A stretch of 64,000 bases of DNA from Macrostomum lignano (taxonomy: Eukaryota): positions 372,001 through 436,000 of the forward strand of contig NIVC01000016.1 of assembly GCA_002269645.1 (NCBI GenBank). Direction: 5' to 3'. Of the stretch, positions 34,551 through 46,394 are shown piece by piece (position 1 is the stretch's first letter; every line of letters begins with the position of its first letter). Position numbers and translations under genes: made by a program. The notes beneath the pieces were generated by a model. The model was not told where the DNA came from and did not search any database. It saw only the letters and a list, made by a program, of their open reading frames with translations.

Positions 34551-37328
34551 GCGAGAATCAGGGTTTCCGCGTTCGCCGACTGTCAATGCTTAGCGACTCG
34601 CCATCCAGTCAATATCGCAGCATGAATATGATATATATCTTCCACCGTCTACTGTTGTACTTTGACATCACTGAGTGACAGTGGTTGTACACCGGGGCTA
34701 GTCATGGCAAATGAGCTGCCAATGGTGTCGGGCGGCTGTCAAGCGCCACTGTGACCGTATTGTCGTCAGCCGAGGCTAGGTCATCACGCCACAGGACGTC
34801 CTATTGACTATACTCGTACGATCGGCTGGCAATCCTATGTTATCTTGGTTGTATGAGGAGTGGGATGTTCAGGAGTTCTGCAACATACTTGAGATGCTGA
34901 AGTTTTCCGACATACGGGACATCTCCAAGATGCATAACGTATGGCGGACCGAAAAATGGGGACGCTGGGATTCGCGCGACTGGATTTCGCGCTACTTGTT
35001 TTCTGCGCGACAGGATTTTTCGTGAATCGGATTTCGCGCGACCTGGAATTGAAGCGACTGTACTTCGCGCGACCGAATTTCGCGCGACTTAAGCGACTGA
35101 ATTTGAGTTGAGAGACTTTGTGTATTTTATTTAGGAGATTTTTGAAGGCAGTAAGTTTGTCTCTGAGTTTAAATCATTTTTTTAGTCTCAAGTAATTTTA
35201 AATCCTATTTCGTGTTTCCGATATTCAGTGTTTGAGTTAGATACAAGACCAGAAAATATTTGAAAAAACACACAAAGCGTGTGTTTTACAAGTAAAACTG
35301 TTGGATTATGTCCAGTTACAATAAAGCCATTTGTTTTTCTTAAATAAGGATTTAATATCGAGGTTCTCATATGTCCTGAAGGAACTGGTGGCAGCACTAC
35401 CTACGCTACTGAGAAGGCTTCCGGTTGAGAAGACGGAGAGCCCATACCACTGTGCTAGACAGCCGGAGAAGCACGAGCTATTTCAAAATAAACCTTTTAC
35501 CAACACGCTTCAAACCATGTTTAATGATGTATACCACCACTGAACTCAGAATTGAACTCTACGACGAACCAAAACTAATTATTATGACGCTCGTAAAAAA
35601 ATTAATTTCTTTTTTACGCAAAGGCAAAATGTCTTGCTCCAGTAGGTCAGACATTCCAGACGTTGTTAGACGGATCAACCTATTTTAAGTTACCGAAAAG
35701 AAACCTACTTGCGTGGCGATACACCCGTCAAAATGAAATTAGCGTATTGCTGAGTCAACCGTGTGGCATTTCATGTCACAATTCTGCAGTTCTTGTGAAG
35801 AGTATGTCAAATAGCTATTGCTTTGGTTTGCATGGGTGCTTGCGCCTGTGCAAACCGGCTTTAGTGATCAGCCCGCCCCTTGCGGTCTCTGTGCATCTGT
35901 GTGGGGTGGGGCTGGTCCCCACCCCCTCCGCCTGCTAGCCTTTTTAGGTGGGCCTCTCGCCGCGTTTTCTGACTCAATTTGCGCGCAGCTCTCCGCTTGA
36001 GGTTTTTTCAATTCAATTTTTGCTTTTAACTCAAATTTTTTATTTATTTGTAACTCGTTATAAAATACATAGCTTGGAGGTCGCTTTTTCGCTGTGCGCC
36101 TCCCGCGCGTTGCTCGCCTTGCTCGCCAATTGTCTCAATGTGCCCCTTTGTGTCTGGCTGGTCACTAATCATATTTCTTATCATTATCAATACCTTCGAA
36201 AATTTTTGTTCTCTAAATGAAAAACTTTACGCAGTGCTTTATTTAAGTCGAAGCAGCTATGCAGTATTGAAAATTGTTGAGTTATGCAAAAAGTCTTTTT
36301 GTCTTACCAAGAAATTTATTTTTATGCTTTCGCTGATCTCTAATTACCTGCTGCTGAGATTTTAGACATTATGTATGTATTCATTCGCTGTAGTGTAAGC
36401 GGAGATACTAAAGGAATAACTAATTACCTGTGGCAACTTAATAGCAACTGAAATTAGCAAAATTGGGGCTTCCTGTGAGCATCTATCATAAACGTGTTTC
36501 GGCTTTTCTGTTTTGATCGGCCAGATTTTATAAACTTAAAATTATTAATATATTGTTTCAATAATACAATTTTGTATTGCATTGTTTCTGCACTATATAT
36601 GCTAGAGGGCTACAATTGCAGCCTTTAGTTAGAAGCCAAGCATTTGGCTATTAAGACCATATTTCATGTTATTTTATGTAGTTGAATTGATTCCAGCCTA
36701 TTCCACCAAAATCTCATTATTATACTGAGTTAATAATAATACAACAATGATTTGATAATAATTAAACTATAATTTAATTTCGAAATTATTTTGTGAGTTT
36801 ACATTTGATGATTGGAAATACATTATTTTCGCATTATCTGTCTCTAGGGTAGCAAACAACACAGTAAATGCAAATTGCATTATCTTAAACAGTAGTAACC
36901 AACAACAGAAGTATGAATTGTAGGAATCGAATTATTTTGTGGTTGCGGAACGATCGATATATTGCATGCAGCTGCATGTGAAACAAAAACAGTTTTACAA
37001 TTTTCTCCTTTTTGTTTAACTGCGCCTGGTTTCTGTGTCCTGATCAAAATAAAAATAAGCATGCATTGGATTTAGAAATCTGAAAAATCCTACGTATTTA
37101 AGTTATTAGCTGCAACCCTGAGTACAGAAAGCTTATACATACAATTATCCATAATATTATTTCTTTGTTTATCAAATCTGACATATAGTAAGCTTCCAAA
37201 GCAATGAAAACCGAAGGTCTGCAAGGGTATCAAGACATTCGGATCGTCTCATTGATCTAGAGGTCACTACTTACCGAGGCAAATATTTATTATTTTATGT
37301 AAGGAAAACCAAGAGTTACCTTAACTTC

Positions 37329-37691
37329 GGGGGGGGGCGTAGCACAGCGGTAGCGCAGCTGCTCTGGTGTGCCAGCGACCCAGGCTCGATTCCAAAAGCA
37401 GCCACATTAATTTGGGGCTGAATTGGAATCTCGGCTTGGCTCTGCTCGTGCAATTAATGGCCTTGAGAGCCACCCCCCAAGGCGCAGTGAAGTGTACATG
37501 CCTAACGATAAAATAAAGTTAGGGCCGCTGTACACTCCTGCGTGAGTGTGTGCCTGCGTACGTATCCGCGCGCTTGTATGCCTGCTCAGGGGAGTCGGCG
37601 GAATGGGCAGTAATGCCTCTCGCCGGTTGTGTGCCTATGTCGCTTAAAGTGCGCCAGGGTGCACACAACCCCCTGCCTCTAATAAAAAAAA
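37329..37691 (+). mobile_element. tRNA-derived SINE with A-rich tail and 12-bp TSD
   Basis: A-box tagcacagcggt (~37340), B-box ggctcgattcc (37383) and tail aataaaaaaaa. The TSD taccttaacttc is at 37317-37328 and 37692-37703. Confidence 0.8.
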
Positions 37692-38789
37692 TACCTTAAC
37701 TTCACCAGGAGCAGTTCTGCACTTGCAGAAATTAGTATGACAACCTGCTTTGCCTTTGTAAGTGTGATCTTAATAATGAATAAGCAACTGACACTGTAGA
37801 GTTGTATTAGGCAGTGGCCATGCTGTTAGTGGCTTAAACTGGCCTTACTTTGTGCTCACTGAATGCACTTCACACTAAAACATAAACAAAATATCTATAA
37901 TGCGTGGAGCAGCGCGGATGCTGAAACGCAGGAACTAACCTTACCTTAAACATCAAATTAACACTTGTTTAAATATGAAAATTGCTTTAGCGTTACTTAT
38001 TTTTATTTGAAACTAGGCGATGAGATCTATTAAAGCCTATGCTGGTAGAGTCGCTCGCTTAGCGAGAAGAATAAATAGAAAGCTTAATATCAACATTTGA
38101 ATATGATTGCAATTTCTAACAACTTCAACGCGTTTCGCACACCATGGTGCATCGTCAGGATTTTATTAGAACGATTTGAGAAAGTGAGATTGAAAACGAT
38201 TGATTAAATATTGGTTTTTGCAACGTACACAGGTAAGGAGGGTAAGATTGAAAACAATTGATAACAACTTGGCTTTAACAACATACATAGGTAGGTAGAA
38301 GAGAAAATTATAGATTGAGATTGAAAATTAAACCAAATGTACACAATTCTTGTCCAGTGGTCAAAATGCAGAATCAGGGGCGGTAGCTTAAGTAATTGAA
38401 CGTCAAGCTAAGTGTACACAGCGTACACGACTGTGTCAATCACTGTTCAGAAAACGCGGAGAACATGACCTGCACCACTATGTTGTAATTGGGTGTTGAG
38501 ATTCGGGGTCTGAGCATTAATGTGCAGGGCCTCGAGAATTCTAAGTTTGGCGTCAGTATGGCTATGGTCAATGATTTTAAAGTGTTCTTCTGGTTTGCAG
38601 TCATTGTAGTTAGTGCATTCAAGGAGGTGAGTTTGTATAGCAGATGGTTTGAGCCAGTGTTCCCTGATCCTCGTGTGTATATTAGGACCGTGTGTGTTAA
38701 TTAAGACTAATTATTTTGCTAGCGACTAGAACGAGTTGAGACTTAGAGTCTTAGACAATCTAGGTGAAAATAAAAGACTAAGCATTTAA

Positions 38790-39330
38790 TAAAGCATATC
38801 AGACCGTCCTCAGACTGCCCGACACTAGCCTCACCAAGAAGTGTGCGCTAGGATGGGATGAAAAGCTAGAGCAAATCGGGAAAAGCAAGGATAAACAACG
38901 CGCGATCACCAATCACTGGAAGCTGATGGTAAAGAAAGCAGGAGTCGACCCTATCGATATAGAGCGCATAGTTTAGAATAGAGAACCCTGGAAGGACACG
39001 ATGGACCGCCAAGTTAGAAAACTAAGACTGAGAGAGAGAAATCCAAGAGAAACCGCAGGGAACGACAAAGAGCCAAGCACAGGGACAGCAGAGACGCCTA
39101 CATCGAGGACGCGAGCGGACAGGCTCACAGGCTATAAATGCAGATTCGACGGCTGCAACAATATATGCGCGTCGAAAGGTGGACTAGCCATTCTACCAAA
39201 ATTGCATGCACAGGAGGATAGACTGTCAAACTGCCGTGCACGAACTGCCAGCAAATCTTCAGCACCGAGGCGACACGGAAGAACCACAAGAAGTGGTGCC
39301 GCGGGGCGAAAAAGATCGGCGGTAAGAGGA
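38790..39330 (+). pseudogene. 3' remnant of a non-LTR retrotransposon (RTE-like ORF end with C2H2-type fingers)
   Basis: VLRLPDTSLTKKCALGW...NREPWKDT followed by YKCRFDGCNNICASKGGLAI. Contains stops and frameshifts. Confidence 0.5.
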
Positions 39331-41469
39331 AGATGCCACCAATACGACAACTGGTACAGCGTGCCACGCCCCGATACAGCCACAGACCACCGACCAGCGC
39401 GCATCGATCGCCCGCATCTACAAGGGCGTCAGGAAGGCCTGGCCATCGTGCAGGCGACTCCTGGCAGTAACAAATATGGCGCGCCACCGGCAATTCCTTG
39501 GAAAGAAAGGTGGAGGCCGCGAGTAAGTGTGTCCGGTAAAACCACGCATCAGGCGACAAAAGGTTTTATGATGATGATGAAAAGTGAAGGCTCCCTTTCG
39601 TGCACTGGAGCTTACTTAGTGCGACCAAAAGAGTTTACAGAAGATCACTTCAAAGCTGAAAACAGGAAAGAGAAAAGCGAAATGCATCTGACGAAGAGTA
39701 GCAAATCGGAAAGACGGCACTGGTGCGACTGAAGAACAGTGCAGTTCTGATTCTATATCAGCAGCGACTAACTCAGAGAAATCGCAATTAATTTGTCCGA
39801 AGTGTGACTCTCCTTAAAAAATCCCTTAAGCCATTTAAAGCACTGGCATGAAATGAGCTTAGAAGAGACAAAGATCATTCGAGCAATCAAGACAGCGAAT
39901 CTATCAGCGTATAGAAGTCAAAGTCTAGCACCTCCCAATATACGCCAGATGAGGAAGAAAGCAATTCAGTTCTGTCGTTATAAGTTTACTGGTCCGACCG
40001 GGCGTAGCTTGGTTGGGTGTTAAACCATTGGGGCGTGGCTCTTGTGCGTTGGTGCGGGGGGTGGTGGGCCGGGCCTTGGTCACGTGCCCGCGGCCTGGGT
40101 GGCGTTTATTTAATACGGTGCGGGCTGTCACTGACCCGCCAAGCGCGTATTGATTTCCGGTTTCCGGTGGAAGGCTTGCCCAGTCGACGCGGACACAATC
40201 ACGCAGGGCCATTTTTAAAAATGTCTTTTGCCGGAGTTTCTAGTCCGATCGATATTATACACGCGAAGTACTGTTCCAGGATTATTGAGGGTCTAAAACG
40301 TTTTGGAGTATACCTGAAGAGCTCGTTTTCTAATTTCGTTTCAAAGGCTCAGTTGGCAAAGATCTTTTCTTTTAATCTGCAAGGGTTACGGAAAGGCCCG
40401 ACTACAGGACACGAAACTTGCCGAGACATGACGATATGCGTTTGACAAAAATAGACTGCTTTTAACGAGCTCTTAACTGTCGTTTATGTTGTCGACTTCT
40501 TTGCAGCCGCCGAATCTAAGCCTTCAGTACAGGATCCCAAGAAAAAAATATATTTACTGACTTGGTTTTTTGGCGAAGGCAACTTCCACTGCGCCGATGC
40601 AATCATCGATATAAGTAAATCGACGGATTCCGTGTACGGAAATAATCATGTTTTAAACGGAGCGGTTGCACTTGATTACTTTTCGATTATGGTAAGTTTC
40701 AGAGCATTAAATGAATTTTAACGTACTTTTGTAAATCTCGAAAAAGGTTTTCTGTCCTAAATAATTTGAAAACAGTTAACGTCCGTACTTATCGTCATGT
40801 TGTATGACTAAAGGTGGTGAATTTCTGAGCGAATGAGACCATAATCTTGTGCAGAAGCGAATGTTGCACTCAAAAGCAACCGCTAAGCTAAGCTAAGCTA
40901 AGCAAAGCAAGAAAGCGACAAAAATTGGACTTAGGATAGGCGATAACAACCAAGGGCATAATTAGGCACTCCAATTTATGAGCTTACACGCTCGTATAAG
41001 ATGATATAATAGTCACTTATCATCCCCTTCCTGTTCTACCCCTTACCCAAGTCCATTTTTTGTCACTATTTTTCCAAACAGCTTCTTGGTGTTACTGTGA
41101 GAATGACGTTTCATTTGTGTACGTAGGTCACTCAGACTCCACTTTATCTTAAGTTGACAGGCCCATTTGTCAGATTTATTTCTGTAACTCTAAAATCAAT
41201 ACATGAATGGATATTGCAGAGATTAGATCGTGAAATTTGCGGTTGCTTCGAGAAGTCCCCCATCGTGACAACTCATATATGTACTGAGCTTTAAGAGTGT
41301 AATAGATCCATCTTTGGAAAGTTCCCGCTTGGTAATACATGCTGTCATTTTTTTCATTTTCAATCCCAATTTGACATATGCTTCAAAGCACTTTCAGTCA
41401 GCGGTGTCCGTACTAATTTGATAACACGCAAGGAGTAGCTAAGAACCAAGACATTGTTATGTATCTACG

Positions 41470-41980
41470 TACGAGGCGGTGCAGTGGGAGACATCAACAA
41501 AGTCCATCGCTCTTATGACCCATTAGAATAGGTCCTCTTTCATCCATGCGGAGATGACTGGAGATTTGGATTAAAACTAACTAATGGAAATAGGTGAACA
41601 GCAAAAGCAATGTATTTATGTGTTGATGGTCAGACCAAGTGTCTTTCAACGGTTTGTATTATGGTAGGTGATTGTTACAACAGTACATGGAAGATCAAAC
41701 TACAAAGATTGAAAGAGATGGTCCAAATTATCTGATTGAATGGCGACGCAACAAAAGTAGGTTTATTCTACCATCGACGTTTTTCGGCAGTCCATGCTAC
41801 TTGACGGAGCGAAAGCAGGATGCCATGGCATATTTTAAAACTTTAGAGACCGGATTTATTTACAACAATGATTGTAAATTCTTTTTAGAGCGAGATTAAA
41901 GACTAACTGGTTAATGGACAGAAAGCTGCCGACAGGCCTGACATTGTAATGCGAGTTTTTATTTTTAAAGTAATCAGCTG
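41470..41980 (+). pseudogene. Second, heavily decayed Helitron Rep fragment
   Basis: HRSYDPLE, LLQQYMEDQTTKIE, ILPSTFFGSPCYLTERKQDAMAY and ADRPDIVMRVF parallel the exon at 9180-9839. Confidence 0.75.
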
Positions 41981-44189
41981 CTCAAACGGCTTAAAATACG
42001 GGGTTGTTCACAGAGTTCCTCTATAGGCAGAAGCACGTTTGTGTTCAGTTTTATTTTTTCATGGCTGATTTAACGGTTCGGCCAAAATCTAGGCTATCCA
42101 TCAATTTGATGGGTTATTTTGTTGACCTTAGTGTTGATCCTGGTGAAAGCATACGCATTTCAGAAAATGGTCAAGTACGAGTTTTTCGATATGATGAAGC
42201 GAGTATCTATGATGTGCTACACAACTCCAGCACGCAGAAGTGGCATTGCAGCGGGAGTACATACTTTTTGAGTTCGCAAGAAGGCTGCCATTTTGGAATT
42301 CGTCAGATTTCCAGAATCCAACATTATTAATTCAATGATTAGTTGCCAAATGCATTTTTGAGGGTCAGTGCAAAATAATTTTCTAACACTTCATGCTTCC
42401 TTCAGACCAGTTTGTTTGTCCAAGTAGAGGCCATAATGGAGTCCTGCACGGCCCCCAAGGATTTTTTCCTGGAACCACCTTTATCTAAACTGACCTTCTG
42501 GAAAAGAAAACATAATAGAAATTTCATTCTATTCCTCGAAGTGCCCATCATCTGCCGCTTAACGTCAAATTTTCAATTGGGTCTATTTGTCACGTCACTG
42601 GGTGGTATAATAAAAATCCCAAAAGTTCTTTCAAGTTTCTTATTCATACGACTCACTATCATTTCTCTACGGTGTGCTATTTCATTACAGCTCATCAAAG
42701 CAAGAAATGGTTCTTCTTCGGCACAAGATTCCAACCGTTCTTCCAGCTCTTTTCGGGGCGAGAAGTCGCACTCTTAACTTTCATTTTTGGCGCACTACCC
42801 ATGATCGTATCAACAATATAGACCCATACATGCAGCTTCAACGTTTGGTTTCAAAAGCGCAATCGGTCGTTATAGAAATTCTTATCTGTGGAACTCGATC
42901 CAACGAGCATTGATGGCATCGCTGTTTGAAAAGTACAGTCAAAGTGCAAGTGCAAGTGCAAGTCGGTCCCTGAGAGGGCACACTAGCATAAGACAGCGTA
43001 CTGGTGGTCTGAGGTGCAGAGCAGGGATTTTTTATATCATTTGGTGCATAAAAACGTCTGGATCAGAGAATCAAAATAGTTTCTGTAGTTCACATGTAGC
43101 CCATTTATTTCCATACATTGATAGTACAAAGGTTCTGTTAAGTTTAGGCTAATTTGTCACGCATGATTCGCTGAAATCACACGTAAATTGTCTCATTTAT
43201 GCGTTTGCCTGCTGGAATTTAAGTAAGGAACCTTTGTAGGAAATTTTCCTTAGGGACACCTGTCTACAACCTGATTCCTCGTGTATTCCATGAGAACCCT
43301 AAACCTGGTGCTACACTTTAGACTATCCGGGATTTTCTTCTGGTCCGGATATCCGAACGATATCCGCCCGGATACTGCCAAGCAAAAAATTTGCTTTGTT
43401 TTTACTCAGATATCTTGAGCTGCTTTGCAATGTCCAGGCACCTTGAGGTGTCTCTTTCAGACATCTACGACACTGACTCTGCTATCCGGCCCGTAGATCA
43501 CATAATAAGGGGAAGTTGTCTCAGGACATCCGACTGTAGGTTTAAACGGAGGGTCTGTATGTGGAGACAGAGGTTTGCTTTAGGACATCGGGCTAATGAT
43601 GTCTGGGGTTAGAAATAGCAAAATTTCTAGGTCAGTTGTCGCAAAGTAGAAAATAACCTTTTTTTAATTTTCAATTAGCAAACATCTGCGCCATGCTTAT
43701 TTAACTGTGTATATTTTAATCACAATTTTGCGTTTAAAACACTCCAAAACGAACAAAAATTAAAGCCTATTGCAAACAAAAAGCAGTTTGCTACTCTATT
43801 CCCCAATCTAATTCGATCAATCAAAACAGGCAATACGCTGAATGAAGCGTGATGAGCCCTCTTGAGATGCTCTCCGTTTACAAATTTTGGGAAACCAGCC
43901 AACTGATGAGTATTTCTTCCGAGAAATTTGATGATGCGGTAGACGCAACGTCTTCTGCAGCTTTCCACCCTTCAAGTTGTCTCGGTGCATCTTACGAAGT
44001 CTCATATGATCTCGAACCTTGAATTCCGCTCGATTTCGCTGCTGGCTGTTTTATTCTCTGCGCGATGAATTTTCGGGATGCAGCTCACTGTGCGTTCTTC
44101 TCGATCATCTAAAGCTAATTTACAGGTTCTAAATTAGCCTTCAAGGCGGTAGGCAGCAGCGCCGCTGCCTCGTTGCCTAAAAAAGGTTC

Positions 44190-44500
44190 CAAACCAAACG
44201 CGGCCTGGAATGGTGAAAATCCAGTGACTGAATTTCGTCGGCTATTGTGGGCCAGTTGAATTTCATTGAGCCTGGTTTCTCAGGCAGTTGAATTCACAGA
44301 TGAGCTAAACTATCTTAAAAGACTGATGCAGGTCTGGTTCAAGCACTCGGTCTGTCCGTTCGTTTCTGGATGATATTCGCTTGTTACTTGTCTATCAGTT
44401 CCTCTAGATTCTAGAAGGACGTCAATAATTGAGTTGCAGAACTCCCGTCCCTGATGGCTGAGGATGATGCACGGCCAACCAAACAGTGAAAAGGTTTTTC
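44190..44500 (-). pseudogene. Gypsy-type integrase core remnant
   Basis: FSLFGWPCIILSHQGREFCN...TSEYHPETNGQTECLNQT...QLAHNS...TGFSPFQAAFG, with stops. Confidence 0.75.
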
Positions 44501-45379
44501 ACTTTTTGCGATGGACGCAGCTTGGATTTTAGACAGAGCCCGGAATACAGCAAACTTTCGTAAATTTACAGCACATTCTCAGAAGGTACTGCGATCCTGA
44601 ATCAGTGGTCTTTGGCATCGAGATGCACTCGACACAGAGAAATTCAAAAAGCCTACTCGCATTGTCCGGTATTTCAATCGATGAATTTCGCTTTGCTTGG
44701 TTGAAATGTTTTGTTGACAACTTCGCAATTGGCGCAAGCTTCGACAACGGATTTGGCAATCGGCGACACAGGAAAGTCAGCAAAGTACTGCGACGTAAAG
44801 AGGCTCAATGTGCTCTTTATCCCGACGTAACTTCCCTGAATGTGCGCAACTTGCATCTTGCTTTTGACTTTGAAATTAAGCCTCCAGTGAACGGAAGCCT
44901 AACACCATGGATGTAAAGTATCACACGCGATAATAAATCGTTCTATGGAAAAGAAAGTAGGAGGATACGTTTTATATACGTTATTTACGTTTTTTTTAGA
45001 ATAGCGTCCGAGGGCTTCAACCATGGAACGATTTTTTTATCGCGTATGATAAAATTTAACCCCAAGTAAACTGATACATTTTTCATTGAGGGTTTTAACC
45101 ACGGACAAAATGTCAGCGATGAGAGCTATCCGACTTGGTAAAACCTGCAGACAGTCCAGACCAGATCGGAGTGGTTACCAGCAGAGTAAACATGGAAATT
45201 TTTTGAAGATATCTCAAATTTTGGCTGTATTGACGACTTTTTCAACGAAATTTCATCGTCTAGCGTCATATATTCACAGTCCAACACCATTTCTGCGTCC
45301 ATATCAAGTGCATCAAGTGGTTGCTCTGCCAAGGTTGCTCTTCTGACGATATTGAGAAAAAGATTTAATCCGCCATTCA

Positions 45380-46394
45380 TGATGGCACTAGGCGCAAGGA
45401 ACAATGGGCTCTAGCTGTGTTCAACGAATGGAGAACTGCTCCTCGGGACAGCATACTTCGAGGTGAGACTGGTCAACCTGTTGGTGCTTTGTGAATTTGA
45501 GGAATGGGCACCCGGTGATTGGAATTTTTCGATGAAAAGGTTCCTCCTTGAAGTACGTAAGAAGGATGGATGCAAGTACAATGCGAGCTTTCTGAAGGAT
45601 ATTTTCGCTATACTTCAGCACCATGTCACTTTTGCTCTTAAAAAAGAGTACTCGTTCTGGAAGGACTCACAATTTACCGATGCGAGGATGTCGCTAGACG
45701 CAGCAATGAAAGAGAGTGTTCGAGAAGGACACATTTCGGGAATGTATGCTAGCGAGCCTATTCCAGTTGCGTTGGAGAGGGATATGTGGCAGCAAGGACT
45801 GTTAGGCCCTGATAATCCGAAGACCTTTTGTATACCTTGGTTTTCTACATAGGAAAATGCTTCACGCTTCGAGGCGGTACTGAGTTGCACGACTTGCAAT
45901 TCAATAGAGATAGTGACACCACTGGCGAATGTCTTGTTTACAAGGAACAGAAGGGCACGAAGACCAACAATCGTGGACTGAGAACCAGGCGTAGTATGCC
46001 TCCTCGTGTGCTAAGGATCTATCATACTCATGCGCATGAGCGCTGTGTCGTGCGTTTGTACATTGCGTATGTGGCTAAGCGTCCTGCTAATTGTAAAGAC
46101 GCTAATTTATTTCTATCGTGTTATCGTGGCGGTGATTGCATTCAAGCTGGAAAATGGTACCAGAATGCAGCAGTCGGACGTCATACACTGGACGGCATCG
46201 TCAAGGAATTGACTCAAGGAGCTGGCAAACGGTACACGAACCAGTCACTATGGAAAACCTCTGCAAATACGCTACCCCGAGCCGGCTTTGAACGAGCTGA
46301 TATTGCTCGCGTGACTGACCACTTAAGTTTAGCTGTGGAAAATTATATACATCTAGATCGTGACGACCAGCAGCGCATCTCCGAAGCGTTGTAA
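45380..46394 (+). pseudogene. Crypton-type tyrosine recombinase (DUF3504-like), degenerate
   Basis: WALAVFNEW, RFLLEVRKKDG..Y, LDAAMK, MWQQGLLGPDNP, LRGGTE, KTNNRG, CVVRLY, VGRHTL and C-terminal ENY. Frameshift at ~45830. The HxxR motif reads NQSLW. Confidence 0.85.

Noticed and set aside
43330-43615. Palindromic ggatatcc/atccgg-rich segment as a MITE
   Set aside because: Could not identify paired terminal inverted repeats or a TSD.
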